64,000 bases of DNA from Candidatus Bathyarchaeota archaeon (GCA_963777155.1 CAVZPM010000036.1:76483-140482), one strand, 5' to 3'; shown: positions 22,553 to 33,427, counted from the first letter of the stretch. Numbers and translations: made by a program. Notes: a model not told the origin generated them from the sequence alone.

Positions 22553-22795
22553 TTGTTCTATATTAAAGCTTAAGCATCGAACTGAAACCAGATTTTTAGT
22601 GATGTATTGTGTTTGCGAGCGAGTAAGTAGATTAAGTGAGTTTGTGAACTAGAGGTGGGAGAATAAGAAGAAGAGAAGTTGATGTTAATGAAAAGAGAGG
22701 GAAGAGTAGATTTTACACGTAAAATACGGGTTTGCAAATTTTGTTTAAACTGAGACGTTGATTGGTGAAGAGGCTCTGTCGTTTTTGAAAGATAC

Positions 22796-22876
22796 GGAAA
22801 GGGTCACAATTGTTCCGACATTTACTTTGCTTGAAACTGTTATTCTTCCACCAAGAGCTTCAACGAACCTCTTGCA
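22796..22876 (-). pseudogene. Histidine-kinase HATPase C-terminal fragment
   Basis: Translates to CKRFVEALGGRITVSSKVNVGTIVTLF with no upstream gene. Confidence 0.6.
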
Positions 22877-22990
22877 AAACAAATAGGCTAAAATGTTTTT
22901 TTTGATTTTTTAGGAAGTATGTTAAGCAATTTTATATTTGGCTATTGGCTTTCCCTTCAAAAAAAGGAAGGATTGTTTTAGTCGATTGCT

Positions 22991-25606
22991 TTATGGTTTT
23001 TTCCGAAGCATCAACAATGCAAGAACTACGCCAATTACGATGACTGCGACAAACAAGCCTGCGATTGCAGGAACGAAGTATTGATCAGTTACACTTATTA
23101 TGTGTTCGCTTGTTGGTGTAGAGGTTGGTGTTGCTACTTCGTCTGCTGCGAACGAGGTTACAGCTTGTGATGGCCAGTATGATTTGCTTCCAGCGAACGA
23201 TGCGTAAACTACGTATTCGCCAGGGATGTCTGGTTTCCAGTCAAATGTGAAGTAACCCTCAGTGGTGCTTGTGGTTGTGCCGATTTCTCTATAGTTGCCA
23301 TTAGAATCAACAACGTTAAGTGTAATCAGGACGCCTGTAGCGTTTGTCGGTTTAGATTGTTGCATGTATACGTATTCCATCCATGATGACATACTATCGT
23401 CAGAGACGCATCCAATGCCGTTGGGGAATCTTGCGCTTCGGTCGTTATCTTTTGTGCCTGAGGAAATATCGGTTATGGTGCCGCTGATAACGATTGATTT
23501 GCCCGTTTGTACTCCTGCTTGAGGGGCGGTAACTGTTAGTTGGGTTGGACCTTTTCCGAATGTGTAGATTTGTGCATCGTAGCTGTTGTAGCCTACCATA
23601 TAGCCGTCGGCGATAACGCTTGGTTCACGTGCATATGTGCCAAGCAGACTCCAGACTAGTGATCCGTCAGTGCAGTTTATTGCCAGTTTCTTTGCGCCTG
23701 CAAACAGCGGTGGGTCGTACATGCGACCTTCTGAAAGGAACAGTTTTCCGTCAGCTATACTGTGTGACCCGAAGTGCCATATTGGATATACACCGTATGG
23801 AGTATCGTATCCTGCACTTTTAGGTGCAAAAGTCCAAGCAACCGTTGCTGTTTTTAGGTCGATTGCATTTACGTAGCCACCGAAGTCCCAGATGTAGCAT
23901 TTGCCATATGCGATTGCGCCAGCGCGTGATAAGGTACTTAAAGCGTTACCTTCAAGCTGGATGGTTCCACCGATTTGGCTACCTGTCAATGTGTTGTAGA
24001 CATATGCTTGGTTTGTGTCTTTGTCGTGTTCAACGTAGTAGCCGTCACCAATAGCGATTGGTGCGATTTCGTGGAATTGAGCAAGTGTGCGGTTTACTGG
24101 TCCCCATAATAGTTGACCTGTCCTAGCATCCATTGCGCATTCAATTTCGTTGGTTCCACCGAATTCGTTTGCAAAGGTTCCTAAGGATTGTGGATATGAT
24201 CGAAGCAAGATTATGTCGTTATTTTGCGCTGCAATGCTTAGTGCTGGGTTTATGGCGCCATTGTTCAGTGATGTTGGAATTGGAACTTCCCATTGATAGC
24301 CTCCTGCGTAGCTCATGTTACCTGATGGACGGATAGTCACTGCACTTGCGTCGCTTGTACCAAAGAAACTAGGTGAACCCACGGATAAGCAGCGTGTTGA
24401 GTTCCACATAAGTAGAGTGGGCTTAGCGAAATCTGTACTATTAACGCGGTACATGTAGACTGCTCCTTGTGAGCTATCATCTTTTGTTTCTACTAGTCCT
24501 GATGATGCAGGTGCTGGGACATTGGTGATGTTTGCAATCCAATATCCTGTCATGGGGTCAAATAGTTGCCATTGACCAGTTCCAGTGGAGAACATCGCTG
24601 GACTCTGAGAACTTCCAACGAGGAATGCTTGTGTTCCGTATTCCTGTATGGTGTGGAACTGCATTACAAAGCCGAAGTCTAAGGTGTCCTTTGTGTCTTT
24701 GTGCCATAGCAGCTCTCCAGTGCGTAGGTCGACTGCGTTCCAACCTGGGGTCTCTACACTTGTTTCAGTGGTTGGTGTATTTGTGTAAACTTTGTAGTAG
24801 ATAATGCCGTTTAGGATGACTGGTTCAAATTGCCGGTAGAGAATCGAGGTTGATGTGTAGTGGCTTTCTTGGTCGCCGCTGATTGGTAAACCAACTTGGC
24901 CGCCGAAAGAGTTTGGCTTAACCCACATGATGTGAGCTGAGTTTGGCGCTTCCGTGTATGGGTTGAAGTTGTTTCCAGAGGCGTCGTAGCCGCCAGTGTC
25001 AGTGAATGCTGGTTTGTTTAGTCCCCACCAGTTGCCACCGAGTACGGACCATGCGTAGTTTGTCGCGTAGATTGGGCGTGACCAGTATTCAGTTGGTAAT
25101 GGAGTTAGTGGGGTGGTTGGGATTGCTTCTGTCTGGACTGTGAAGGTGTCAGGGGCACTCTGAGTGGGCAGGATGTTATATCCTCCGCCACCTGAGAGTA
25201 GTTGACCTGCATAGAATGCTTGAACGGTATAGTTGCCGGTGACTGTTGGTGAGAATTCGATTCCGCCGACTCCTCCGGTGGTGTCGCTTGTGTACGGGCC
25301 AAGAGTAGTGTTGGTTCCATCTGGATGGACAAGATTGAGTGTTAAGCCGGTGTATAGAGATCCGCCGCCGAATGCTCCGGGTACCGGGATTGGTTTAGTG
25401 AAGAAAAGACTGATGTATACTGTCTGGCCGATCCCTACTGGGTTCGGTTCAGCGTAGACTTTTAGATACACTGGGATGTCTATTGCTGCCTTTGTTGTTG
25501 TTATTTGAGACATCTGTATAGTCATAGGTATAATTAATATTGCTAGAAGAATAGCCGCAATCAAAGATTTTGTTTTTTTCATTTTTTTTCCTCTTTCATT
25601 TGGCAA
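22991..25606 (-). CDS. PQQ-like beta-propeller surface protein with C-terminal TM anchor (likely start ATG 25582)
   Basis: Signal peptide; AVDLRTGELLW-type repeats; PLPTEYWSRPI and YDAQIYTFGKGP motifs; TM helix plus RKKP. Confidence 0.85.
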   Translation of the reverse strand: MPNERGKKMKKTKSLIAAILLAILIIPMTIQMSQITTTKAAIDIPVYLKVYAEPNPVGIGQTVYISLFFTKPIPVPGAFGGGSLYTGLTLNLVHPDGTNTTLGPYTSDTTGGVGGIEFSPTVTGNYTVQAFYAGQLLSGGGGYNILPTQSAPDTFTVQTEAIPTTPLTPLPTEYWSRPIYATNYAWSVLGGNWWGLNKPAFTDTGGYDASGNNFNPYTEAPNSAHIMWVKPNSFGGQVGLPISGDQESHYTSTSILYRQFEPVILNGIIYYKVYTNTPTTETSVETPGWNAVDLRTGELLWHKDTKDTLDFGFVMQFHTIQEYGTQAFLVGSSQSPAMFSTGTGQWQLFDPMTGYWIANITNVPAPASSGLVETKDDSSQGAVYMYRVNSTDFAKPTLLMWNSTRCLSVGSPSFFGTSDASAVTIRPSGNMSYAGGYQWEVPIPTSLNNGAINPALSIAAQNNDIILLRSYPQSLGTFANEFGGTNEIECAMDARTGQLLWGPVNRTLAQFHEIAPIAIGDGYYVEHDKDTNQAYVYNTLTGSQIGGTIQLEGNALSTLSRAGAIAYGKCYIWDFGGYVNAIDLKTATVAWTFAPKSAGYDTPYGVYPIWHFGSHSIADGKLFLSEGRMYDPPLFAGAKKLAINCTDGSLVWSLLGTYAREPSVIADGYMVGYNSYDAQIYTFGKGPTQLTVTAPQAGVQTGKSIVISGTITDISSGTKDNDRSARFPNGIGCVSDDSMSSWMEYVYMQQSKPTNATGVLITLNVVDSNGNYREIGTTTSTTEGYFTFDWKPDIPGEYVVYASFAGSKSYWPSQAVTSFAADEVATPTSTPTSEHIISVTDQYFVPAIAGLFVAVIVIGVVLALLMLRKKP

Positions 25607-25834
25607 GAAATAAACGTTTTTTTGAACATTTGCCCTTGCCCAAGCTCTGTTTTGCTGGTCTAAACATATAACACTTGTGGCGAAAAGCTATTGTTGATTA
25701 ACAAAAAATGAATTTTCAACATCAAATCTTTGCTTCTGAGCAGAAATGATCACCATTGACTAAGAAAAAATTATCTCTTGGGTCCAGAGTGATAAAGTCC
25801 TATTGAGAACCTGATTTAAACAAAAACGTGTGCA

Positions 25835-26149
25835 TTATTTTATTTGTTCAGCGTAATTTAGTTGCAGATCCGTTATCAATCTTCTTAGGTGTTCCCTTTC
25901 TGTGTTCTCAAGGTTGGGTTCTATTTTGTCGACAAGCGAGATAATGCAGTCTATGGCGATATGAGCCCTGACGAGATCTTTAGTAATTTTGTTTGTGTGC
26001 GGATCAACTCTTAAGCCAATATAACGCCAGGCTTGCACACTTAGCAGCATAATAAACAGCTCTATAAGCGGGTAAATATCCAAAGAAGATATGTCAACTG
26101 GTCTTGGCTCTTGCTCTTTGTTTTCAGACTCTCCTGGTGTGGAACTCAA
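25835..26149 (-). CDS. DUF1844-family protein
   Basis: Pattern AWRYIGL..P......DL..A..AID...L...L.LNY. Confidence 0.75.
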   Translation of the reverse strand: MSSTPGESENKEQEPRPVDISSLDIYPLIELFIMLLSVQAWRYIGLRVDPHTNKITKDLVRAHIAIDCIISLVDKIEPNLENTEREHLRRLITDLQLNYAEQIK

Positions 26150-26434
26150 CTACAAATATCTCTCCTATGATAGTGCGTTTCGTCTTTATTTCCTAATTCT
26201 TAATAGAAATATGTTGTTTTAAATATTTTTAGAGAAAAAAGAAAATGAATAAAAGAAACTCAATTCAATTAAGCCTGCACCGAGTTGGGATGGGGCTTGC
26301 TGTTTTTCTTCTTTGCAGCTTTCTGCAGTTTTTCCATAAAAACGCCGGATTATCTTCTCAGTAGTTGTCCCGTCACCAAATGGGTGTTAAGACGTGAAAA
26401 CCTTAAACCCGCTTTAATTTTTGGAATTTAATAT

Positions 26435-27088
26435 CTATTTCTTCCCTTCGCATTTGGCGAAATCTTCTTTGAATTTCTTAATTCCAATTTCAGTTAGCGG
26501 ATGATTCCACATCTTTGCTAAGACATCGGCTGGTATTGTTGCAATATGTGCTCCAGCTTTTGCTGCTTCTAAAACATGAATCGGATGCCTAATGCTTGCA
26601 ACAATAACTTTTGTCTTAAATCCATAGTTCCTGTAAATTTGCATTATATCTCGAATCAAGTTCATTCCATCTTCAGAGATATCATCCAGTCTTCCAATAA
26701 AAGGCGATACAAAGCTTGCACCTGCCTTCGCTGCAATCAATGCTTGACCTGCACTAAACACTAAGGTTACGTTTGTTTTAATTCCCCTCGCTTCGAGTAT
26801 TCTTGCAGCCTTAATCCCTTCCTGACTAAACGCAATTTTTATTACAATATTTTTTGCCCATTTTGAATATACTTCTGCCTCGCAAACAATCTCATTACAC
26901 GTATCTGCATTACCTTCAACCGAAATAGGTCCCGCTATTACTTGCGCAATCTCAGCAATTATCTCCCGCTGACTCTTTCCGCCCTCTTTTGCACAAAGTG
27001 TGGGATTCGTTGTAACTCCATCGACAACTCCAAGTGCGGCTGCTTTTTTGATCTGTTCAATATTCGCAGTATCTAAAAAGAAATCCAT
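26435..27088 (-). CDS. tal: Transaldolase (small TalC/FSA family)
   Basis: FLDTAN, GVTTNP and Schiff-base Lys in IVIKI; Glu in ISVEG and Phe in SPFIGR indicate transaldolase rather than FSA. Confidence 0.92.
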   Translation of the reverse strand: MDFFLDTANIEQIKKAAALGVVDGVTTNPTLCAKEGGKSQREIIAEIAQVIAGPISVEGNADTCNEIVCEAEVYSKWAKNIVIKIAFSQEGIKAARILEARGIKTNVTLVFSAGQALIAAKAGASFVSPFIGRLDDISEDGMNLIRDIMQIYRNYGFKTKVIVASIRHPIHVLEAAKAGAHIATIPADVLAKMWNHPLTEIGIKKFKEDFAKCEGKK

Positions 27089-27139
27089 AATTTTTCCCTC
27101 AAAATTGATACCATAATAAGCAATTAAAACCCTTCCCCA

Positions 27140-28156
27140 CTAATTGGCCTGTAATTCGTTTTTATGGTTCTCTCGAACGAATCTGGCAATTCCCTCTGAG
27201 TCAAGCCCATATTTTTTCATAAGTTCAAGGGGTTCTCCTGATTCGCAGAACATATTTCTTATCCCATGCCGCTTTAATGTGCATGGGGTCAACTTTCCTA
27301 ATTCGCTTAAGACTTCTGCAATTGCCCCTCCGAGTCCACCTGTTATTTGATGATCTTCAACACTAATTATCAGACCCGTTTTTTTTGCCCAAAATTTGAT
27401 CGCGTCTTCATCAATTGGCTTAACTGTATGACAATCAATTACTGCACAAGAGATTCCTTCGGATTCAAGTTTCTCTGCTGCAATTATTGACTCATATACT
27501 TGTGGTCCACATGCAAAAATTGCCACATCTTCTCCGTCCCGGTAAATATTTGCCTTTCCAATTGCAAATGGTGTTAAATGTGTAGTAAACGCAGGCATTT
27601 TCTCTCGACATGACCTAATGTAAACTGGATTTTTTGTTTTACTAGCTTCAATCGTTGCTTTTCTTGCCTCTTCAACATCTGCTGGAACAATGACTGTCAT
27701 ATTCGGAAGAACTCTAGTAATTGCAATATCTTCCAATGCTTGGTGAGATGCCCCATCTGGTCCAACTGTAACTCCCGTATGTGAACCGTGTAATTTTACT
27801 GGTACATTATTATAACAAAGTGAAACACGAATCTGATCCCAATTTCTTCCAGGCGAGAAAACCCCGTACGCAGAGATAAAAACCGTTTTCCCCGAAGAAG
27901 CAATTCCTGCAGCAACTCCTGCTAAATTCTGCTCAGACACTCCAACTTGGACAAATCGATCTGGATACTTTTCCGCAAACCAATGGGTTCTCGTACTTTC
28001 AGAAACATCGGCAGTCATTACCCATAAATTTGGATTTTCAGCTCCAATCTCAACTAATGCTTTCCCAAATCCATCCCGACTTGGTTTCTTATTCTGAGGA
28101 GCATCAATATTTTCGATCAGACCCATTTGCTTATTTATTTTTAATGAATTTACCAT
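27140..28156 (-). CDS. Transketolase C-terminal subunit
   Basis: GVSEQN, GPDGASHQ and EDHQITGGLG motifs. Confidence 0.95.
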   Translation of the reverse strand: MVNSLKINKQMGLIENIDAPQNKKPSRDGFGKALVEIGAENPNLWVMTADVSESTRTHWFAEKYPDRFVQVGVSEQNLAGVAAGIASSGKTVFISAYGVFSPGRNWDQIRVSLCYNNVPVKLHGSHTGVTVGPDGASHQALEDIAITRVLPNMTVIVPADVEEARKATIEASKTKNPVYIRSCREKMPAFTTHLTPFAIGKANIYRDGEDVAIFACGPQVYESIIAAEKLESEGISCAVIDCHTVKPIDEDAIKFWAKKTGLIISVEDHQITGGLGGAIAEVLSELGKLTPCTLKRHGIRNMFCESGEPLELMKKYGLDSEGIARFVRENHKNELQAN

Positions 28157-28198
28157 TTAAACACCATAAAATTATTTCCAATTTACTTTTGTACTTGT

Positions 28199-29818
28199 CT
28201 ACTCCCTCTCTTCATTTCCGTAGAACTTTCTTTCCTGTTTAAGATCTTCTAATGCTGTTATTGCTTCTTTATCGCCCGGCGATTTTCCGTGCCACTCGGT
28301 AATAAATTCCATGAATGAGATATCTTTTCCAGGAACGGTATGTGCGATTATCATCGTTGGTTTATCGATTATTGTTTTCGCTTCATTACACGCTGAAATA
28401 ATTTGTTGAATATTATGACCATCGACACTAATTACGTTCCATCCGAATGCTCTGTATTTTTCTTCAAGTGGTTCAAGTGGAAGAACATCTTCAGTAAATC
28501 CATCGATTTGAATATTATTTCGATCCATAATTGCAACTAAATTTCCGAGTTTAAATTTAGATGCCAAAAGTGCCGCTTCCCACATTTGTCCCTCGTTATG
28601 CTCACCATCTGAACAGACACAATAAACCCGCCAACCCTTTTTTTCTCTCTTCGCAACAAGTGCCATTCCAACCGCGATCGAAAGTCCCTGGCCAAGAGGA
28701 CCTGAACAATTCTCGATTCCGGGCAATGATTCTCTATGAGGATGCCCTTGTAGTCTTGATCCCAATTTTCTAAGTGTCATTAACTCTTCTTTTGGGAAAT
28801 ATCCTGCTTCAGACATTGTAGCATATAGTCCCGGACAAACGTGTCCGTTTGATAATACAAGTCTATCCCGACCGTCCCAACTCGGATTTTTTGGGTCGTG
28901 GTTTAAAACATTAAAGTAAAGTGCAGCAAAAACGTCGGCTAAACCCATTGCGCCTGCGGGGTGACCTGATTTTGCTGCATGAAGCATTTTAACAATACTT
29001 TGCCTAATATTATTTGATAGTAAATAGAGTTCCTTTATATCGTTAATTTTTTTTGCTCCAACTTCAACCGATGGACTTGGCGCAAGAAGCGTTTGTTTTG
29101 GAGGTTCGGTAACAAGTTTTGGTGCTTCAACTTCTATGGTTGTTTTCTCCGAACAAATTTGCCATTTATTTTGACCTCGTATTCCCGACTCGAGGATATT
29201 CTGAACTGCGTCTGGAATACTTTTTGCCATAAAAATTGCGCTCGATGCCGCAAGAATATTTGCTCCTGCTCTACTAGCACTCTCGGAAGTTTCGGGATTT
29301 ATTCCCCCATCAACTTCAATTTCGAGATCTGGGAATTTCGCTCGAAGAGCCTGGATTTTGGATTCGACTTCAGCAATGTACTTTTGACCGCTATAACCAG
29401 GGTTAACGGTCATAATTAGAACTTGCTTGATGTCTTTGTCATTTATATATGGATAAAGTTTTTCGATTGGTGTTGACGGGTTAATAGCAAGACCTATCTT
29501 TCCACCGGAAGCGCGTGTTTTTTCTATTTCACTCCAATCAAAAATAGTCTCAACATGAATTATATGCTTATGGTTTCCAGGAACTTTTGAAATCCAGTTT
29601 TCAGGATCCTTGACCATCCAGTGGAATTCGTAAGAGATTCCTGAGGGAAGATTTGTTAAACTTTCAAGTCCGATGCTATTATTTGGGACAAAAATATTGT
29701 CCATGATGTCTATATGAACAGTTGTAACGCTTGGCTTAACTTTTTCGATCTGAGCTATCAGTTCTTCTCTGCTTTTTACTAAGATTGCTGGTATTACTTC
29801 TACGTCCATTTGGATCAA
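28199..29818 (-). CDS. Ribulose-phosphate 3-epimerase fused to transketolase N-terminal subunit
   Basis: HIDIMD, FHWMV, MTVNPGYSGQ and VDGGIN, then a linker, then SGHP, LSNGH, LQGHP, GPLGQG and DGEHNEG, all in one frame. Confidence 0.92.
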   Translation of the reverse strand: MIQMDVEVIPAILVKSREELIAQIEKVKPSVTTVHIDIMDNIFVPNNSIGLESLTNLPSGISYEFHWMVKDPENWISKVPGNHKHIIHVETIFDWSEIEKTRASGGKIGLAINPSTPIEKLYPYINDKDIKQVLIMTVNPGYSGQKYIAEVESKIQALRAKFPDLEIEVDGGINPETSESASRAGANILAASSAIFMAKSIPDAVQNILESGIRGQNKWQICSEKTTIEVEAPKLVTEPPKQTLLAPSPSVEVGAKKINDIKELYLLSNNIRQSIVKMLHAAKSGHPAGAMGLADVFAALYFNVLNHDPKNPSWDGRDRLVLSNGHVCPGLYATMSEAGYFPKEELMTLRKLGSRLQGHPHRESLPGIENCSGPLGQGLSIAVGMALVAKREKKGWRVYCVCSDGEHNEGQMWEAALLASKFKLGNLVAIMDRNNIQIDGFTEDVLPLEPLEEKYRAFGWNVISVDGHNIQQIISACNEAKTIIDKPTMIIAHTVPGKDISFMEFITEWHGKSPGDKEAITALEDLKQERKFYGNEERE

Positions 29819-30196
29819 CTGTTAAACCTGAATTTTTCTTACTGTTTGCCAATGTGGCTTGCTAATTTTTTGAGTAGACTTGTTACAAAATGGATGCCAC
29901 TAGCTTTTAAGCCTTCATTAATGAAGTCACTGATTTTTATCCATGGTCATTGATGTTTTGACTGCTTGTCCTCTGTTAGGCTTTCTAGTCTCTTTTCGCC
30001 TTTTCTTCATTTTATGTTGTGAAACAAAAAATATTGCTTAAACAATACTTTATCTAAGTTGAATCGTGTGCCATTTAGAAAATTACGTTAGTAACAGTAC
30101 ACCGCTTTGGGGTGTTACCTAAAAAATTATATTATAACCGGATTGAATAAGAAGACTAATTATTCCAATGAAATCATAAAGTAACAACGGATTATT

Positions 30197-30328
30197 CTAA
30201 AGCCACGAATATTTTGATCGAACAACTTTACATTTAGGGCAGATTGCTAAAATGACTTCGCCTTTAACGATCATTTCCGGTTGGTCTATGCAGTTGCAGT
30301 TTAGACAAGCACAAACTGTTGAGTCCAT
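30197..30328 (-). CDS. 43-aa Cys-rich (zinc-ribbon-like) microprotein
   Basis: MDSTVCACLNCNCIDQPEMIVKGEVILAICPKCKVVRSKYSWL; GAGTGA upstream of the ATG; below the ORF-track cutoff. Confidence 0.5.
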   Translation of the reverse strand: MDSTVCACLNCNCIDQPEMIVKGEVILAICPKCKVVRSKYSWL

Positions 30329-30569
30329 ATTTTTTCACTCATTTTTCCTTTTTAAGTTTAAGTTTGGCGTAAATTCGTTAATACAACATACATTCGAATC
30401 TTTTGTCTTTTAGAAAATTCTTCATTTCTAAGAGTAATCAATTATTCAATCAGAAGTATTATAAAATTTTTTCGATTGAGTGTTAACATGATTGGCTAAC
30501 GACTCAAATCTATTAATTTTTTGTCTTTTCAGGGGGTTGACCACCCCGAAAAGTAATCGGTATTCTTCT

Positions 30570-31427
30570 CTACTGCAAGAAGTCTTTTAGCCGCTTTTTT
30601 ATGCTTACCACCCCTGCAGGACTTGGCACACTATCACTAACAACGACTTCTCTTGCCCCTGCAGCTCTAATCCTATCAAACGAACAACCCACAAGTAACC
30701 CATGAACTGAAGCACAAATAATTCGTTTGGCTCCTCCCTTTTTACATACTTGGACAGCCTTAATCATTGTCTCTCCGCTAATAATCATATCATCAATCAA
30801 AATAACATCTCGACCAGCTATATCGGCATCGAGTTTCTCGGAAGTAATTTGCCTAAACGCAAGCGGTCCATAGATATATTCACCAAGGGTTTTTTCCATA
30901 CTAACCCCCCCTAATTTTTCAACGAAGTGAGCGGCACCTTGATCTGGTGCAATAAAAACAGGGTTTGATACTCGTGGTCTAACATAATCTAATAAATCGT
31001 TAACAATCGATCGACTATCAATATTTAAGCCGTTGATATTCTTTTTAATATCTCCTGGTTCTAAAAAATGACAATTAAATGTAATAAGCTCATCTAGGCC
31101 AGCGCAAGACAGTAATTTGACGATCATAGTCGCAGAATCAGTTTCTCCTGGTCTAGAAATCTCATCCTGCCTCGAGTAGGGAAGATATGGAATAATTGCA
31201 GTCACTTTTGCTGCAAATGGTCTTACTGCGCTTAGAATTTGCAAAAACTGCAAAACGCGCGAATCTTGATCTGGGTAGCATCTATGTAAAATCACAACAT
31301 GTTTTTCCTTTAATTTTGCTATCTCAGGAATGTAGATATAATTCTCGCAGTCATGGAATTTCTTTATCTCAATATTTGGCTCCGCGAGATCAAGACAATT
31401 TGGACTCACTAATAGAAATTTTTCCAT
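30570..31427 (-). CDS. prs: Ribose-phosphate pyrophosphokinase, divergent
   Basis: KKFHDCE, IPYLPYSRQD, APDQGA, LIDDMIISGET and VHG motifs. Confidence 0.8.
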   Translation of the reverse strand: MEKFLLVSPNCLDLAEPNIEIKKFHDCENYIYIPEIAKLKEKHVVILHRCYPDQDSRVLQFLQILSAVRPFAAKVTAIIPYLPYSRQDEISRPGETDSATMIVKLLSCAGLDELITFNCHFLEPGDIKKNINGLNIDSRSIVNDLLDYVRPRVSNPVFIAPDQGAAHFVEKLGGVSMEKTLGEYIYGPLAFRQITSEKLDADIAGRDVILIDDMIISGETMIKAVQVCKKGGAKRIICASVHGLLVGCSFDRIRAAGAREVVVSDSVPSPAGVVSIKKRLKDFLQ

Positions 31428-31627
31428 GCCTCTAATTCGCTGGAAAAGTATAAAAAGCCTACTATGTTGGATTGGCAGAAAATAGGTCGTATGATACATA
31501 TTCCAGCGATGATTTCTTGGTAGCGCTATGAAAACGATAATTGTCAAAGAGGGAATCTGCAGGTAACATCTCCTATATGGTAAGGGTTTAGAACCCAGCG
31601 GCTCACCACTTTTTGGTTCGGAAAATA

Positions 31628-31990
31628 TTACTTCTGAGGACGTTCGCGTTTTGCCTTTCGATTTAATGTTTTAATCGGCTCTAAGATGCATGCTGAGTAG
31701 GACCCTGGCACAATCAGTTCCATGAACTCGGCGCGCAAAGTCTTTTCTTCAGGTATCTCGCTGAACCCGCTTTCCCAACCTTCAATATTAGCTAAACTTT
31801 CAAAACCCCACAAGGCGGTGAATCCGCCGACTGAGCCACCGTATTTGTGTCTGAGAACTCGCAGAGACGTTACACCCCTGAAGAGACCTGGCTTCTTCTT
31901 CATCAAGGCAACTAGCTTTTTGCCCCACTCGTTATGCTCATCTAGTTTGTCAGGGTTAACAACATATGTTCTAGCGAGATAAACAGTCAT
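31628..31990 (-). CDS. Hypothetical protein (NIPSNAP-like dimeric alpha/beta barrel)
   Basis: RTYVVNPDKLDEH and LWGFESLA patterns. Confidence 0.55.
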   Translation of the reverse strand: MTVYLARTYVVNPDKLDEHNEWGKKLVALMKKKPGLFRGVTSLRVLRHKYGGSVGGFTALWGFESLANIEGWESGFSEIPEEKTLRAEFMELIVPGSYSACILEPIKTLNRKAKRERPQK

Positions 31991-32174
31991 ATCTGCTCCT
32001 CAAAATATAAGATACTCAGAGGATTAAAAAAATTCCGCATTGAATCAAGAGTAACTATTATTGTTAGGTGCGTTCAACTATAAAATCAATGGTTCACAGA
32101 AACCTTATATTCTCAAGCGAAGAAACTGCTAAGTCAGCCAACTATGGAAGTAAATTAGAAAGGATCGATTAACA

Positions 32175-32654
32175 ATGAGAATAGCGTTTGATCTTGATGG
32201 CGTGGTCTTGCATCAAGAAATGTATAGTCTAAAAGCAATTGATTCTTGCGAAAATGAACAAAAAAGATCAGAATTAATGAGGATTTACTATTCACATCGA
32301 AGCATTCAGCTAAACCCTGTCGATTTTCTCGCAGATGAGGACGAGTTATTTTTTATTACCGGTCGGTCAGTTTTGGTTGAAGATTTAACAAAGAAATGGG
32401 CAAAGAAGTACTTCCCAATGGCAACGGTCATAGCAACACGAACAATACTTCCAAGCTCAGACAGCAATTTGATGACAAAGAATTATGTTAACGACGGGAA
32501 AAAGGAATGGGGATTAATTCAGGCTGAGAGAAAAGCCAAAGCTCTTAATGACAATAATATCGACGTATTTTTCGAGGATGCTCCAGACGTCGTAAAGCAT
32601 CTTAGGCGATTATGCAAGAGTACCAAGATTGTACAGTACGGCGGCAGGTTCTAA
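32175..32654 (+). CDS. HAD-superfamily hydrolase (nucleotidase-like)
   Basis: FDLDGV, ITGR, K and FFED motifs I-IV. Confidence 0.8.
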   Translation: MRIAFDLDGVVLHQEMYSLKAIDSCENEQKRSELMRIYYSHRSIQLNPVDFLADEDELFFITGRSVLVEDLTKKWAKKYFPMATVIATRTILPSSDSNLMTKNYVNDGKKEWGLIQAERKAKALNDNNIDVFFEDAPDVVKHLRRLCKSTKIVQYGGRF

Positions 32655-32938
32655 TTTTTTTGCCCAGGTTTTTTTATTTTTCCTTCTGTGAGCAGTTTTG
32701 TTTGGAGAGAAGAGGTATTGACTGGATTGAACTTTGACTGGTTGATTTGTGTTGTTGAGGCAAAACGTAATTCCAAACTCTTCGCACATCGTCATTTTCA
32801 TTAATGACTGTGAGTTTTGACATATCCTTTCAGTTAAGAGGATAAATTAAAAAATATTATGAGTTTTTTGAGAAACGTACTTAACTAATTTGTTAATTTC
32901 AGCGACATTCATCCTCACTAAAATTTCATCCAAAAAAA

Positions 32939-33427
32939 TTAACGCCGTGGATGTTGGTTCTTTTTCATGTAAGCAAGCGTCTTAATATGTAACATCTCAA
33001 AGTGCTCACCAAACGTTTCGTCAGTCTTCTCTTTTCTAATTGCGAGAATCCAAGGTTCAAGTTTTTGCCAGTTAGAAACAATATAACTACCCAAACGGTC
33101 AACAATTAAGTCAATATCGACAAATCTTTTATTTACTAAAAACCCGACTTCTTCAAAGTAAGATTCCACTTGATAAGGGTAGTCAGTTACTTCAAACACC
33201 TTCGATACCTCATGGTTGTATTTCTCAATAGACTCAAAGACAAATTCCTTCTCAACCCATCTAAAGGCTTTTCTAAGGCTTTCAGTTTCTGCCCATTCAA
33301 ACAACTTCATCGTTATCTCCAAGTCTCTATGTTTGGACATATGACGCAGCTCAAATAGAACAAAAACCACTCCGAGACCCGTTAATACTGCCGTTATAAT
33401 TATAGCCCAATCAATAATTGTGAACAT
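32939..33427 (-). CDS. DUF4760-like protein
   Basis: N-terminal TM helix; YFEEVGFLV...D...W..L.PWI...R...FE.L pattern. Confidence 0.65.
   Translation of the reverse strand: MFTIIDWAIIITAVLTGLGVVFVLFELRHMSKHRDLEITMKLFEWAETESLRKAFRWVEKEFVFESIEKYNHEVSKVFEVTDYPYQVESYFEEVGFLVNKRFVDIDLIVDRLGSYIVSNWQKLEPWILAIRKEKTDETFGEHFEMLHIKTLAYMKKNQHPRR

Noticed and set aside
26345-26385. Minus-strand PFGDGTTTEKII resembling the end of UDP-GlcNAc 2-epimerase
   Set aside because: Too short to assign; kept only as part of the fragment patchwork.
27111-27130. TAA-n7-TTA inside the PPP operon
   Set aside because: Core differs from TTAAGAA; expected by chance in AT-rich DNA.
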